In this document: positions 19,092 to 27,756 of the stretch, in pieces | Numbering within the stretch: the stretch's first letter is position 1 | Layout of the letters: the number at the start of each line of letters is the position of its first letter | Assembly (NCBI GenBank): GCA_046483365.1 | Contig: JAWODI010000081.1 | Location: 58,151 to 122,150 of the forward strand | Source of the DNA: Archaeoglobaceae archaeon | GTDB taxonomy: Archaea; Halobacteriota; Archaeoglobi; Archaeoglobales; Archaeoglobaceae | DNA: 64,000 nt | Reading direction: 5' to 3' | Made by a program: the position numbers and the translations under genes | The notes under the pieces: model-generated | Told to the model about the DNA's origin: nothing | Databases searched by the model: none | What the model saw: only the letters and a program-made list of their open reading frames with translations

Positions 19092-20312
19092 ATGAACATG
19101 TATAAGAGTTATTTAATTCTGGGATTTGTTCTGGTTGCTTTATTTACCTCTGGATGCGTCCAGAAAGAGAATGAGAGGGATGAGGAAGTTAGAGAGCTGG
19201 TTACCTCCTTTATTGAGGCATATAATAATGGGAGTGCTGGGAAGTTGTATTCCATGCTTTCTGATGATGTGAAAGCTGATTATTCTGTGGAGGATGCTCA
19301 GGAGCTGGTATATCGATTTGGCTCTGATTTTACGTTGAATGTTACGGAGTTTAGGTTAAGTGGGAGTAAAGTTGTGGTTAACACTACTTTAAATCCTCAT
19401 GGTGAACCTGAGTGGGCTTTGCTAACCTTTCAGATCGCTTACAATGATTCTAAGCCAGTTATTAATAATAGTGGTGTTTTTTACAGAATTGAAGAGATTG
19501 AAGATTTTGCGATATCGATTCAGCCTACTCCAAGTTTTTATCACTCTGAAACCTACCGCAAGTTCATTGAATATTATAATGAAAGGAATGCAAATGGAAT
19601 TTATTCACTGGCCTCTGAAGATGTGAAGAAGAATCACACCATCGAGGAAGTCAGGAAAGAGCTTGCATTCGCCAGAAACCATAGTATAAAGATAATATCC
19701 TTTAGCAGACCTGAAACCCCAACAATAAGTTTTAACGGAAACAGTCCAGCAAAAATGCCCACCGTATTAGTAATCAATGGAAGTAAGGTTAACTGCTCCA
19801 TTAAGTGGGTCCTATATTGTGAAACTATCAAAGAGAATCTAAACAATAGTTCGCTCTCAAGAATAACTGGATACACAACAAAGATGGGTGACTGGGCCTT
19901 CGAGGAGCTTAAAAAGTGTTACAATTCAACGTCAACTCCTGACACCGAACTACCGGCTATCAAGGTGAATTTCAGTCATTACAAAGATAATGAGACCCAC
20001 TCACTTGAGATCAATAATGTGGGACCTGCAATGATTAATAAGAGTCAGGCGCCTTCACTATACGTTGAGCCTCCCCCTGGAATCCATGTTTTCGCTTATA
20101 ATGAGCAGGAAAGAACACCCATCACCCACCTCCCACTGGATGAGGAAGGAGATGCTATCGTCACTTACATAGGGTTCAAAAAACCTGAAACGGTTCCCAA
20201 GAAGGGAGAAAAGATTTTGGTGGTAATCGATATTGTGCATAATGGTGATTCCTTGAACACCGAAAACGAAACGATAACATGGAACCTGGAGTGGGAGCCA
20301 TCTAAAGACTAA
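19092..20312 (+). CDS. Lipoprotein with two NTF2-like repeats plus a C-terminal domain
   Basis: Lipobox TSGCVQKE; repeats homologous to 14805..15683. Confidence 0.55.
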   Translation: MNMYKSYLILGFVLVALFTSGCVQKENERDEEVRELVTSFIEAYNNGSAGKLYSMLSDDVKADYSVEDAQELVYRFGSDFTLNVTEFRLSGSKVVVNTTLNPHGEPEWALLTFQIAYNDSKPVINNSGVFYRIEEIEDFAISIQPTPSFYHSETYRKFIEYYNERNANGIYSLASEDVKKNHTIEEVRKELAFARNHSIKIISFSRPETPTISFNGNSPAKMPTVLVINGSKVNCSIKWVLYCETIKENLNNSSLSRITGYTTKMGDWAFEELKKCYNSTSTPDTELPAIKVNFSHYKDNETHSLEINNVGPAMINKSQAPSLYVEPPPGIHVFAYNEQERTPITHLPLDEEGDAIVTYIGFKKPETVPKKGEKILVVIDIVHNGDSLNTENETITWNLEWEPSKD

Positions 20313-20594
20313 CAGATAGATTAAGGTGTGTAAGGTGGTATAAGAATGAGAAGAACTGTTTTACTGCTTGTATTGGTTGCTTTGGGTTTACCGTCTTTAG
20401 AAATTATCATAGGGATGGAAAGAACAAATCCGGAGTGTTAGACATTACTCCTCACTTGGAGCGAATGAACACAAAGAGATGAACCTCACCGTGACTACAG
20501 AAGGCGGTGCAGAGTAAAGGTTAGGGAAATCAGTAAATTCCTAAAGGAATCCAAGAAAGATAGCCTTCATTTCAAGCTCTTATGAAATATTCTA

Positions 20595-20891
20595 CTACTT
20601 TTTTCTTGTTCTACTCTCCTCGTAACCCTCTTTGAACTTCTCCCAGCTCAATATCACTATATCGACTCCTAAGATAGTCAATCCAAACCCCATAATGTTC
20701 CATCCTCCCCTCTCAAAACCAAATAGCTGCAAAATCGCTGATAATAGAACCATCAACAAGCCAACGATGATAAAACCCCTCAAAACCTTGTTGTAAGGAG
20801 CTTCAACGCTCGCACTCCTGAAAAGGAATGAGGCAGTAACAATAGCAACTAAAACTAATACCAATGTCAGTAACTGAGTTTCCAGATTCAT
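20595..20891 (-). CDS. Small three-helix membrane protein, duplicate of 15680..15991
   Basis: See 15680..15991. The DNA at the 5' ends is near-identical (ATGAATCTGG(C/A)AACTCAGTTACTGACATTGGT). Confidence 0.5.
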   Translation of the reverse strand: MNLETQLLTLVLVLVAIVTASFLFRSASVEAPYNKVLRGFIIVGLLMVLLSAILQLFGFERGGWNIMGFGLTILGVDIVILSWEKFKEGYEESRTRKK

Positions 20892-20926
20892 CTAATCACC
20901 TGCTACCCCAAATCTCGGTATCATCT

Positions 20927-21031
20927 CTATTTTTTACGACAGAAAAAGGAGAACAACTTGTACAGTATAAATATCACAACAATTGGTATCAAAATCCTGA
21001 GTAAAATTACCTCATTAGGGCTCAAGCTCAT
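20927..21031 (-). CDS. 34-aa membrane peptide, duplicate of 16016..16144
   Basis: Hand translation MSLSPNEVILLRILIPIVVIFILYKLFSFFCRKK. Confidence 0.35.
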   Translation of the reverse strand: MSLSPNEVILLRILIPIVVIFILYKLFSFFCRKK

Positions 21032-21121
21032 TTTATCATCTTCTCAACTCTATCCTCATTCTTCCCTCTTTATTTTACTCGGTTTGATAGTCATCTTTAC
21101 TCCTTCGCATCAACAAATTGA

Positions 21122-21835
21122 TTAATTCAGGATTGAGGTACGACTTAACAAATATTTTTCATCTCTATCCACATGGATAACTGTAATGAAGTCCCCGTCA
21201 AGCTGACAATGAATCAGAGTAGTCTCATTTTTCGCCGTGAAATTATTCATACCATATCTGATTTGGAATCCAGAACCAGCGAGTAATTCTTTGTATTTCC
21301 CATAAGCTGTCCCGGAATCTGTGTAACCACAAAAAAACTTCATGAACAGATGTTTTAGCCCGAAATGGATTGGGTTATGGGATGTACTGCTATAGTAAAA
21401 GGTAGCGACTTCTAAAGAAGTGCTCCCATACCTGCTAACGCTAAACTCTGAATAACACTTGGGTTTATAGAACTCCCAGTCTGAATTCCCCCAGTTTGGA
21501 TCCACATTCCCCTCTTCATCACGAAGAACCCCCAGCAGATGCATGTACGTCAACTGTTCCGGTCCTGGCCCTATAAGCAAGGAATCATAAACAAAGCATA
21601 AGCTAAAAGCAGACGACAATATTAGCAAAACTACAGCTACAGCAATAGCAGAAGCTTTCTCTTTCTTTACTATAACTACGAAGATAGATGAGACCATCAA
21701 GAGAGATATACCAATAGGAAGCCACACATCAAACCTAAACATTAATACTTCATTCAAAAATACTGCTACAACAAAGAACAGTGGACCCGCAAAAAGTCCC
21801 AAAAGAATTGAGAGAAAATATTTTAGTTTATTCAT
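21122..21835 (-). CDS. Membrane protein (three N-terminal helices plus an extracytoplasmic domain)
   Basis: Hydrophobic N-terminus. Last gene of the apparent operon 23600->21122. Confidence 0.45.
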   Translation of the reverse strand: MNKLKYFLSILLGLFAGPLFFVVAVFLNEVLMFRFDVWLPIGISLLMVSSIFVVIVKKEKASAIAVAVVLLILSSAFSLCFVYDSLLIGPGPEQLTYMHLLGVLRDEEGNVDPNWGNSDWEFYKPKCYSEFSVSRYGSTSLEVATFYYSSTSHNPIHFGLKHLFMKFFCGYTDSGTAYGKYKELLAGSGFQIRYGMNNFTAKNETTLIHCQLDGDFITVIHVDRDEKYLLSRTSILN

Positions 21836-21848
21836 TGTCCACCCAATC

Positions 21849-22445
21849 TCACCTCATAAAATAGAATAGGTAGCCCAACACCACTGGCATGGGTACAAAG
21901 ATTAGAAAGGTTTCAGCTCTTCTGTAGGCAAGACAGAACGCTATAGGAATTACTGTAGACACAGAATATACTGCCAGCGGTGACAGCACCGAACCTATGC
22001 CAAGGCGGGGGTAAGGGAGTTCGTGGCCTGTGGGAAGGTTAAACAGAATTGCTATCCCTACAGACACCAGCACCCAGATAAAGAAGGCCACAACCTCTCC
22101 ACTGCTGGGCCTGACAACTCTTATCAGGTACGAGGTCGCCACAAAAGCTGGTAGCAAGGCATAATTGAGTATCTTTAATGGTCCTTCTATAGCGTAGGGT
22201 ATGTCCGTAAACTGAAGAGAAAGTAGAACAAAAACGCCAACCATAAAGAACGAAACAATCACGTATTTGCTGGCGACTCTTTCAGGGTACTTTAACGCCA
22301 ACAGGGGAAAAGCAAAAATGAAAGCAATGAATAACACGAGTTTAGGGATGGACGAGAAACTAATGTCGTACAGCCACAGCCCAAAAACCACGGCAGCCAG
22401 TAAAAATAAAAAAATGATGATCTTTACGTATTGTTTAACCTTCAT
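21849..22445 (-). CDS. Polytopic membrane protein (~6 helices)
   Basis: Hydrophobic throughout; starts 4 nt after the stop of 22449..23600. Confidence 0.45.
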   Translation of the reverse strand: MKVKQYVKIIIFLFLLAAVVFGLWLYDISFSSIPKLVLFIAFIFAFPLLALKYPERVASKYVIVSFFMVGVFVLLSLQFTDIPYAIEGPLKILNYALLPAFVATSYLIRVVRPSSGEVVAFFIWVLVSVGIAILFNLPTGHELPYPRLGIGSVLSPLAVYSVSTVIPIAFCLAYRRAETFLIFVPMPVVLGYLFYFMR

Positions 22446-22448
22446 TTT

Positions 22449-23600
22449 CTATCCTCTCACATACTTCACCAGGCCAAGGGTGTATTTAGCTGTTTCAAGC
22501 AAGCAATTCTCAGTTATAGTCTTCAAATTGGAATTACTCCGCCACGTATCTGGGTTATCATAGATTATGTCGAAGACAGTATCTACATATTGATGTGAAT
22601 AGCTGCCCAAATTCTTGGTTGACTGCTCTGGATCACTGATTGAGTAGTAATACCAGTTGTCATCAACAACTGATTTAAAGTTATACCCAGAATCCCAATT
22701 ATCCGATATATAATCTTCATATGCAAAATGGATGTCTGGGTTCAAATATTGTCCCCATTCTGCCCCAGTGTGGAGTGGTTGGCCAACATCAGTCAAAAAG
22801 TGGCTAGAATAACCGAGATTTGTATACGCAGTGTTTCTGTTGCCTGAATCGTAGTTGTTTTTTGCTATATCCGCGTAGTATTCGCATTCACTCGGTGCTG
22901 AACCGGTTTCTACACCAGTTCCAGCCCAATCCGGATTATAATAGTGTGTCCAAGAATGCATCACATCCATTATAACATTCCATAGCCAATCAGGATAGCC
23001 TGAAGGCGGGGGAACCTGTGTCCAAAAGTCCGGATCATCTGCTGAATCTCTTGCAGTCTCATTATAAGGCTTCCCAACACCCCATTTGTTACACGAGATG
23101 TATGTAATGCTACGGTGCGTACTGGGCTCCCACAGTATGCCAACTCCTCCATTAGACTTCTCAAAGTATTCTGATACGGTATTTGCAACTTTTCCAAGTT
23201 TAGCGTTCTCTTTATCAGTTAGGTTAACGTTCTTACCTACGCTTTTTTTGAATTTAATCAGAGTTATCCTATCTTCTTTCTCGAACTTTATAGGGTATTT
23301 GTTCCACAGTTCTATCATAAAACTCTTCAATTCCTTTTTCTCATCTCCAGTCAGTTCAGCACTACTCTCGATGTATTTGAATGTGGCTCCTCTTCCGTCC
23401 TTAGCTGCAGCAAGTATAATCCAGAAAGGTGTTGCATTCTTTATGGATTGATCTATCTTTACCAGTTTAACGTTCTTTGGCAGTTTGTTCTCTTTTTCAA
23501 CTGGAATTGGTTTTGATTCAATGTCATTCGCAGACAATACAGGTGTTGTTGCGCTTACCATCATTACCAATACAATAAACAATGCTATAGCTCTTTTCAA
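22449..23600 (-). CDS. Secreted zinc-dependent phospholipase C / P1-nuclease superfamily-like protein
   Basis: GGAGGTGA Shine-Dalgarno then TTG start gives signal peptide MKRAIALFIVLVMMVSA. C-terminal half carries WEPSTH, HSWTHYYNPDW, GYSSHFLTDVGQPLHTG and HFAYEDYI, resembling the W1/H, HFYDPD, HY..D...P.H and H..fE Zn ligand motifs of Zn-PLC. Confidence 0.5.
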   Translation of the reverse strand: MKRAIALFIVLVMMVSATTPVLSANDIESKPIPVEKENKLPKNVKLVKIDQSIKNATPFWIILAAAKDGRGATFKYIESSAELTGDEKKELKSFMIELWNKYPIKFEKEDRITLIKFKKSVGKNVNLTDKENAKLGKVANTVSEYFEKSNGGVGILWEPSTHRSITYISCNKWGVGKPYNETARDSADDPDFWTQVPPPSGYPDWLWNVIMDVMHSWTHYYNPDWAGTGVETGSAPSECEYYADIAKNNYDSGNRNTAYTNLGYSSHFLTDVGQPLHTGAEWGQYLNPDIHFAYEDYISDNWDSGYNFKSVVDDNWYYYSISDPEQSTKNLGSYSHQYVDTVFDIIYDNPDTWRSNSNLKTITENCLLETAKYTLGLVKYVRG

Positions 23601-23654
23601 TTTTTCACCTCCATCCTTTAACCAGTATAACAATCAATAACCTATATACCCAAC

Positions 23655-23693
23655 GATTTCGTTCGCTAAAAGGCGAACGTTTTCGTAAAGTTT
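23655..23693 (-). promoter_or_regulatory. Motif B copy a
   Basis: Gene-sense: AAACTTTACGAAAACGTTCGCCTTTTAGCGAACGAAATCG, followed by GGTATATAGG and the leader ..TTAAAGGATGGAGGTGAAAAA-TTG. Confidence 0.6.
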
Positions 23694-23866
23694 AAAAATA
23701 AGCTGAGAACTCGCCAATATACGCATCAGTCACCAATAATCAACAGAAAAGGTTATCCTTCGATGTACGCATAACAAGCAGTATGGCAACCGAGCCAGCA
23801 GTAGCCATCTCCCCGTCAAGTATAACCACCAGGTTTAGCTCAGTTATGATAATGTTTCACGGATAA

Positions 23867-25018
23867 CTATCTCCCTCTGAGAAGATATACCACCAATAAG
23901 CCAGCAATTGCAGATATTACTTCAAATCCTCCAGTGGATTTTGCTTCCCCTACATGAAGTGAGCCTTCTTCAATGATATCAACTGCTTCTTGAGGGATGT
24001 TCAATTTCTTTATTTCCTTTTTCACTGCCTTTATCTGTGATTCTTCTGCTGTCTCCACACCAACTTCTAACTTGTTCTTCGTATCCTCTATATCAACTGA
24101 AGTAACCTTTAAATCATCATCCGAGAACAGCTTGATCAGCTTGCCTTTCCACTCCATCAACTGGCTGAAGGTATAATTACCCTTCAGAATCACCAATTCC
24201 ACATCCTCATAATGGGAGACGACCTCCTTAATCTTCTCGGCATCTTCCTGACTCTTTACATACACGTAAATTGTGGAGTTCTCCCGATCGACAAATAAAC
24301 CTCCAAAGGTGGGTACTTCATCCCCAATCTCGCCTTTTACCTCACGCAAACCCACCAAATCCCTAATCGCCCCTCTTGCTGCCCCTACTTCGAACACTCC
24401 AGGGGGTTTCCCTTCTAATGGCTGATATGGACCTACTTCAATTATATCGACTGCTTCTTGGGGTATGTTCAATTTCTTTATTTCCTTTTTCACTGCCTTT
24501 ATCTGTGATTCTTCTGCTGTCTCCACACCAACTACTAACTTATTTTTCCTCTCATCTATACCAACTAAAGTAACATTAAAATCTTCTCTATTATTCCCAA
24601 GAAAAGGTTTTGTGAGGTCACTTTTCCATTCCATCAACTGGCTGAAGGTATAATTCCCACGGTGAATCACCAATTCCACATCCTCATAGGAAGAAACAAC
24701 CTCCCTAATCTTCTCAGCATCTTCCTGACTCATTACATATACGTGAATCGTGGAGTTCCCATGGTCAACATACAAGCCTCCAAAGGTGGGTACTTCATCC
24801 CCAATCTCGCCTTTTACCTCACGTAAACCCACCAGATCCGTAATCTCCTTACTTGCTTCAGAAACTGATTTATTCTCTGCTTCCTGGCCATTCACACACA
24901 TAAAATTACTTATCAGCATTAATATAACAAGAAAAAGTAAAATTCCTTGCTTCAACCAACTCACCCCTACATTTTCTCTAAATCTTAGCTTAGTTCCGTT
25001 TATTACACTCTTTCTCAT
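23867..25018 (-). CDS. Surface-anchored protein made of two tandem alpha-lytic-protease-type pro-domains, no catalytic domain
   Basis: Two ~156-aa repeats (DLVGLREVKGEIGDEVPTFGGL(Y/F)VD..NSTI.VYV.SQEDAEKI.EVVS.YEDVELVI..GNYTFSQLMEWK...VGVETAEESQIKAVKKEIKKLNIPQEAVDIIE), homologous to the pro-region of the S1 protease at 37648..39036. C-terminus GGFEVISAIAGLLVVYLLRGR is PGF-CTERM-like. Confidence 0.6.
   Translation of the reverse strand: MRKSVINGTKLRFRENVGVSWLKQGILLFLVILMLISNFMCVNGQEAENKSVSEASKEITDLVGLREVKGEIGDEVPTFGGLYVDHGNSTIHVYVMSQEDAEKIREVVSSYEDVELVIHRGNYTFSQLMEWKSDLTKPFLGNNREDFNVTLVGIDERKNKLVVGVETAEESQIKAVKKEIKKLNIPQEAVDIIEVGPYQPLEGKPPGVFEVGAARGAIRDLVGLREVKGEIGDEVPTFGGLFVDRENSTIYVYVKSQEDAEKIKEVVSHYEDVELVILKGNYTFSQLMEWKGKLIKLFSDDDLKVTSVDIEDTKNKLEVGVETAEESQIKAVKKEIKKLNIPQEAVDIIEEGSLHVGEAKSTGGFEVISAIAGLLVVYLLRGR
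23950..24880 (-). repeat. Intragenic tandem duplication, 2 x ~468 bp
   Basis: For example 23970-24065 and 24438-24533 are nearly identical at DNA level (..CTGCTTCTTG.GG.ATGTTCAATTTCTTTATTTCCTTTTTCACTGCCTTTATCTGTGATTCTTCTGCTGTCTCCACACCAAC). Confidence 0.8.
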
Positions 25019-25086
25019 TTCGACCCCTCTTTACGTGATTCTGTGAAATTATATCTTTCTTTTCTTTTTGTAAGTTTTTATTAATA
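25019..25086 (-). promoter_or_regulatory. Cassette A copy 4
   Basis: Gene-sense: TTAATAAAAACTTACAAAAAGAAAAGAAAGATATAATTTCACAGAATCACGTAAAGAGGGGTCGAA-ATG. Confidence 0.6.
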
Positions 25087-25127
25087 TTTCTGATAATTAA
25101 ATTACTCGCTTTGTATCTTAATCTCAT

Positions 25128-25937
25128 TCAAGCTAATGAAAAGCCGACTCTGTATTGGCTACCATTATAACTGACGCAATCTCTCACATTTATCTCCCTC
25201 CACTCTTCTGGTGGTGTTTTCAGAGTGGCTTCACCACTCTCACTTGCTTTTTTCAAGGCTTTCTGGAGTGTTGGATATTCTTCAAGTTGTTCCTTGGTTA
25301 CAGACATACAACTTGGGGTTTGGTATCTACTAAGGCTGAGGTTGGTCTCCACGAATACCTCGTAGTACTCTCCTTCAAACTTTATTACGTTGCTCTCCTT
25401 CACGAGGTCTTTAGCCTTACGGAGGTCTTCAGCAGACTTATAGTATTTAGTTGCCCTATACTTGGGATATCTCTCACCATAAACTTTCGTATCTGGCTCA
25501 TTCTCAATAATAGACATTATTAGGTCCTCAACCAATGAGCAGTTCTCCAGCTCCTCTCTGCTCACAGTCGTATAGTTATCAACCTCCTCAACCTTAGCCT
25601 TACTGCCTTCAGCTGCCCAAGTTAAGTGAACCTTATAGACAGTACCATTAATTTTTAGGTAATCCCAGCTACCAACCAAGTTCCTTACCCTAAAATACTC
25701 ACCAACATCCAACTGAACCTCAGCACCCGCCTCATTCACTGCTTCCTTGAGAGGTGGGCACTCATCGACCTTACTGGTCAAATCCAGATAATTAGGCCCC
25801 TCTATCTCGCTAACGTGAATATACTTGGCTTGATAGTGCTGGTAACCTGCCCAGCCCAACAAGACAAAGGGGATACTAACGATTATCCCTCCAATCAATA
25901 ATGCAATTAATACCAGCTTTAACTCTCTTCTCTCCAT
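25128..25937 (-). CDS. Membrane-anchored secreted protein of the 'YNGSYY' paralog family
   Basis: N-terminal TM anchor. Repeats ending in LKINGTVYKV, IKFEGEYYEVFV and VSYNGSQYRVGFSLA, with YP.LK.A helices. Paralogs at 26655..27707 and 28292..29078. Confidence 0.5.
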   Translation of the reverse strand: MERRELKLVLIALLIGGIIVSIPFVLLGWAGYQHYQAKYIHVSEIEGPNYLDLTSKVDECPPLKEAVNEAGAEVQLDVGEYFRVRNLVGSWDYLKINGTVYKVHLTWAAEGSKAKVEEVDNYTTVSREELENCSLVEDLIMSIIENEPDTKVYGERYPKYRATKYYKSAEDLRKAKDLVKESNVIKFEGEYYEVFVETNLSLSRYQTPSCMSVTKEQLEEYPTLQKALKKASESGEATLKTPPEEWREINVRDCVSYNGSQYRVGFSLA

Positions 25938-26006
25938 TCCGACCCTCTTTCCCTGCTATTATACCTCAAACACTTATTAATTTTGTTTTGATAAGTTTTT
26001 ATTGAA
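25938..26006 (-). promoter_or_regulatory. Cassette A copy 5
   Basis: Gene-sense: TCAATAAAAACTTATCAAAACAAAATTAATAAG..GGTATAATAGCAGGGAAAGAGGGTCGGA-ATG. Confidence 0.5.
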
Positions 26007-26012
26007 GAGTGA

Positions 26013-26630
26013 CTACTCTGCGGGCTGAAGCCACGCAGCTTCTTTAGTTCTTGTATTGGGTGAGGGTGGTTTGGTGGATTTTTGGTTGGTTTTGAACATA
26101 GTTCTTGGTTGTATCCAGGTCCACGTCGCCTACACTCCTAAAGAACTTTCCTCTGCTCCAAAAATTGCCTTTCGGATATCTTAATCTGAATTTAGGTTCT
26201 CTCTGGAAGAGTGCGCGAGAAGACGCTCCCTTTAACCTTTGAAAAGCTTCAGAAATGCTTATGGTTGGTGGTATGGAAACAACCGCGTGAATGTGTTCGG
26301 GCATAACACTAAGCTCAATTATCTCTATTCCGTGTCTTTCAGCAACCTCTTTCAAGATTTCTTCACAAAGATTTTTATTCTTCTCCTTCCTAAACATCTT
26401 GAATCGATATTTAGGGCACCACTCAAAGTGGTAAATCGCCTGACCAACATGATGGCTTCCGCTAACTAACATATTTCCTCCTGGGTGGGGTTCCAATTTA
26501 TCGCGCCTTGGCGCGGCGCGCAAAAATCCCCACCCAACCAAAGTCATCATAAAAGAGATAAAGTTTAGCCTTGAACGCTATTCATCCCAACTGGCTAAAG
26601 CCAGGGGATTTCTAGCTCACCAATAGTTAA
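26013..26630 (-). mobile_element. IS200/IS605-family element with tnpA only; ends approximate
   Basis: Y1 transposase gene flanked by subterminal hairpins: CGCGCCTTGGCGCG (26502-26515), CTGGCTAAAGCCAG (~26592-26605) and CTGCGGGCTGAAGCCACGCAG (~26019-26039). No tnpB is present. Confidence 0.65.
26044..26472 (-). CDS. tnpA: IS200-type Y1 (HUH) transposase
   Basis: YHFEWCPKYRFKMF, MPEHIHAVVSIPP (HUH motif) and WSRGKFFRSVG (catalytic Tyr region). GGAGG + ATG at 26472 gives 142 aa; the track's 26-aa N-terminal extension covers the end hairpin and was dropped. Confidence 0.85.
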   Translation of the reverse strand: MLVSGSHHVGQAIYHFEWCPKYRFKMFRKEKNKNLCEEILKEVAERHGIEIIELSVMPEHIHAVVSIPPTISISEAFQRLKGASSRALFQREPKFRLRYPKGNFWSRGKFFRSVGDVDLDTTKNYVQNQPKIHQTTLTQYKN

Positions 26631-26654
26631 GAATTAATTTTAACTCTAATTCAA

Positions 26655-27707
26655 TCAAGCCATTGCGATACGGATTTTATAGTAGCTCTCATTGTATTTG
26701 ATGCAGTTGCTCCACCCCTCAGGTAAGTCGCTTATTGTTGCGCTACCCTCTTCGCTTGCTCTCTCCAGGTCCTGCTTTAGTGCGGGGTGGTCTCTCAACT
26801 CTTTTTCACTCACGTTCGTGCAGGCTGGATGGAGGGAGTAGTCTTTGTTCAGAAGTAATTTGCAATCAACATAAACCCTGTAATAGCTCCCATTATACTT
26901 GATCACACCATCGAACTCCCTGGCTTTTACAAGCTCTTCAAGGGTGACGTTGGTCAACACGAAACCATCAGGTAAAATCACTTGAGTGCCACCCCTATCC
27001 ATCCTGTATCTGGCATCATCAGGCATTGACCTTATTCTTGCTGATGATTTAGCGTATGAACCCTCATAAATCGTGGCCAACTCCTGCTCCAAGAAGGGAA
27101 GTTCACCAACACTAACGCCACCCTCTGCAGCTACTTCTTTGGCTATCAGGATATCGTATAACTTAACTCCATAGTACTTGCCGCCTACTTCAATGCAGTC
27201 ACCTAACCCTCTCAGCCGCGAAATCTCACTTAAACTCACGTTGACAGCTACTTCATCCCCCTCCCGCTCAATAGCCTCCTTAATAGCCGGATAATGGTTC
27301 AACTGAGAACTCGATAAATCCCTACAATCTGCTTCATTCAAGGACTCCATCTTAATAATGTGGATACTCTTCGCCTGATGCTGGGAAGCTGACCACCAGA
27401 AAACACCGATGAATGCAGCTGAACAAACAACAAAAGCAATACCCAATACGGACACCAGCTTTTGAGGAAATCCATTATCCTGTCTCTTTATCCGCATAAA
27501 AATGAGGATGACTAAGCTGATTACGAAGACGAACCCCAGGATAACAGACAAAGGATATAGGAAATTGGGAAAGACAATGAGCTGTGAAATAATATCAACT
27601 TGAAAAACTCCCAACCAAACGGATCCACCATGCAAAGCAGTTAAAATAATTATGAAAACAATGCCCACAGGAACCACCATTTTTGTAACCAAACCAATGC
27701 CTCTCAT
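26655..27707 (-). CDS. Membrane-anchored secreted protein of the 'YNGSYY' paralog family
   Basis: Three N-terminal TM helices, then IEVGGKYYGVKL, IKYNGSYYRVYVD and IKYNESYYKIRIAMA repeats with YPAIKEAIE / HPALKQDLE helices. Confidence 0.5.
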   Translation of the reverse strand: MRGIGLVTKMVVPVGIVFIIILTALHGGSVWLGVFQVDIISQLIVFPNFLYPLSVILGFVFVISLVILIFMRIKRQDNGFPQKLVSVLGIAFVVCSAAFIGVFWWSASQHQAKSIHIIKMESLNEADCRDLSSSQLNHYPAIKEAIEREGDEVAVNVSLSEISRLRGLGDCIEVGGKYYGVKLYDILIAKEVAAEGGVSVGELPFLEQELATIYEGSYAKSSARIRSMPDDARYRMDRGGTQVILPDGFVLTNVTLEELVKAREFDGVIKYNGSYYRVYVDCKLLLNKDYSLHPACTNVSEKELRDHPALKQDLERASEEGSATISDLPEGWSNCIKYNESYYKIRIAMA

Positions 27708-27756
27708 TTTACACTCCGAAGTTTATTTTGATTAACTCTCTTCTTAAACTCACCTA

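Larger units (their letters stand above)
20595..21031 (-). repeat. Segmental duplication of the two-gene module 15680..16145
   Basis: Both genes and the spacer (CATCTAATCACC...GGAGAACAACTTGTACAGTATAAATATCACAACAATTGGTATCAAAATCCT) recur. Confidence 0.7.

Noticed and set aside
20346-20590. Short ORF MRRTVLLLVLVALGLPSLEIIIGMERTNPEC and following sequence as a possible decayed secreted-protein gene
   Set aside because: Only a signal-peptide-like 31-codon ORF is visible, and no homology to neighbours could be established by eye.
26473-26550. 26-codon N-terminal extension of the IS200 transposase ORF
   Set aside because: A GGAGG + ATG at 26472 gives the canonical ~140-aa TnpA. The extension covers the GC-rich end hairpin (CGCGCCTTGGCGCG).
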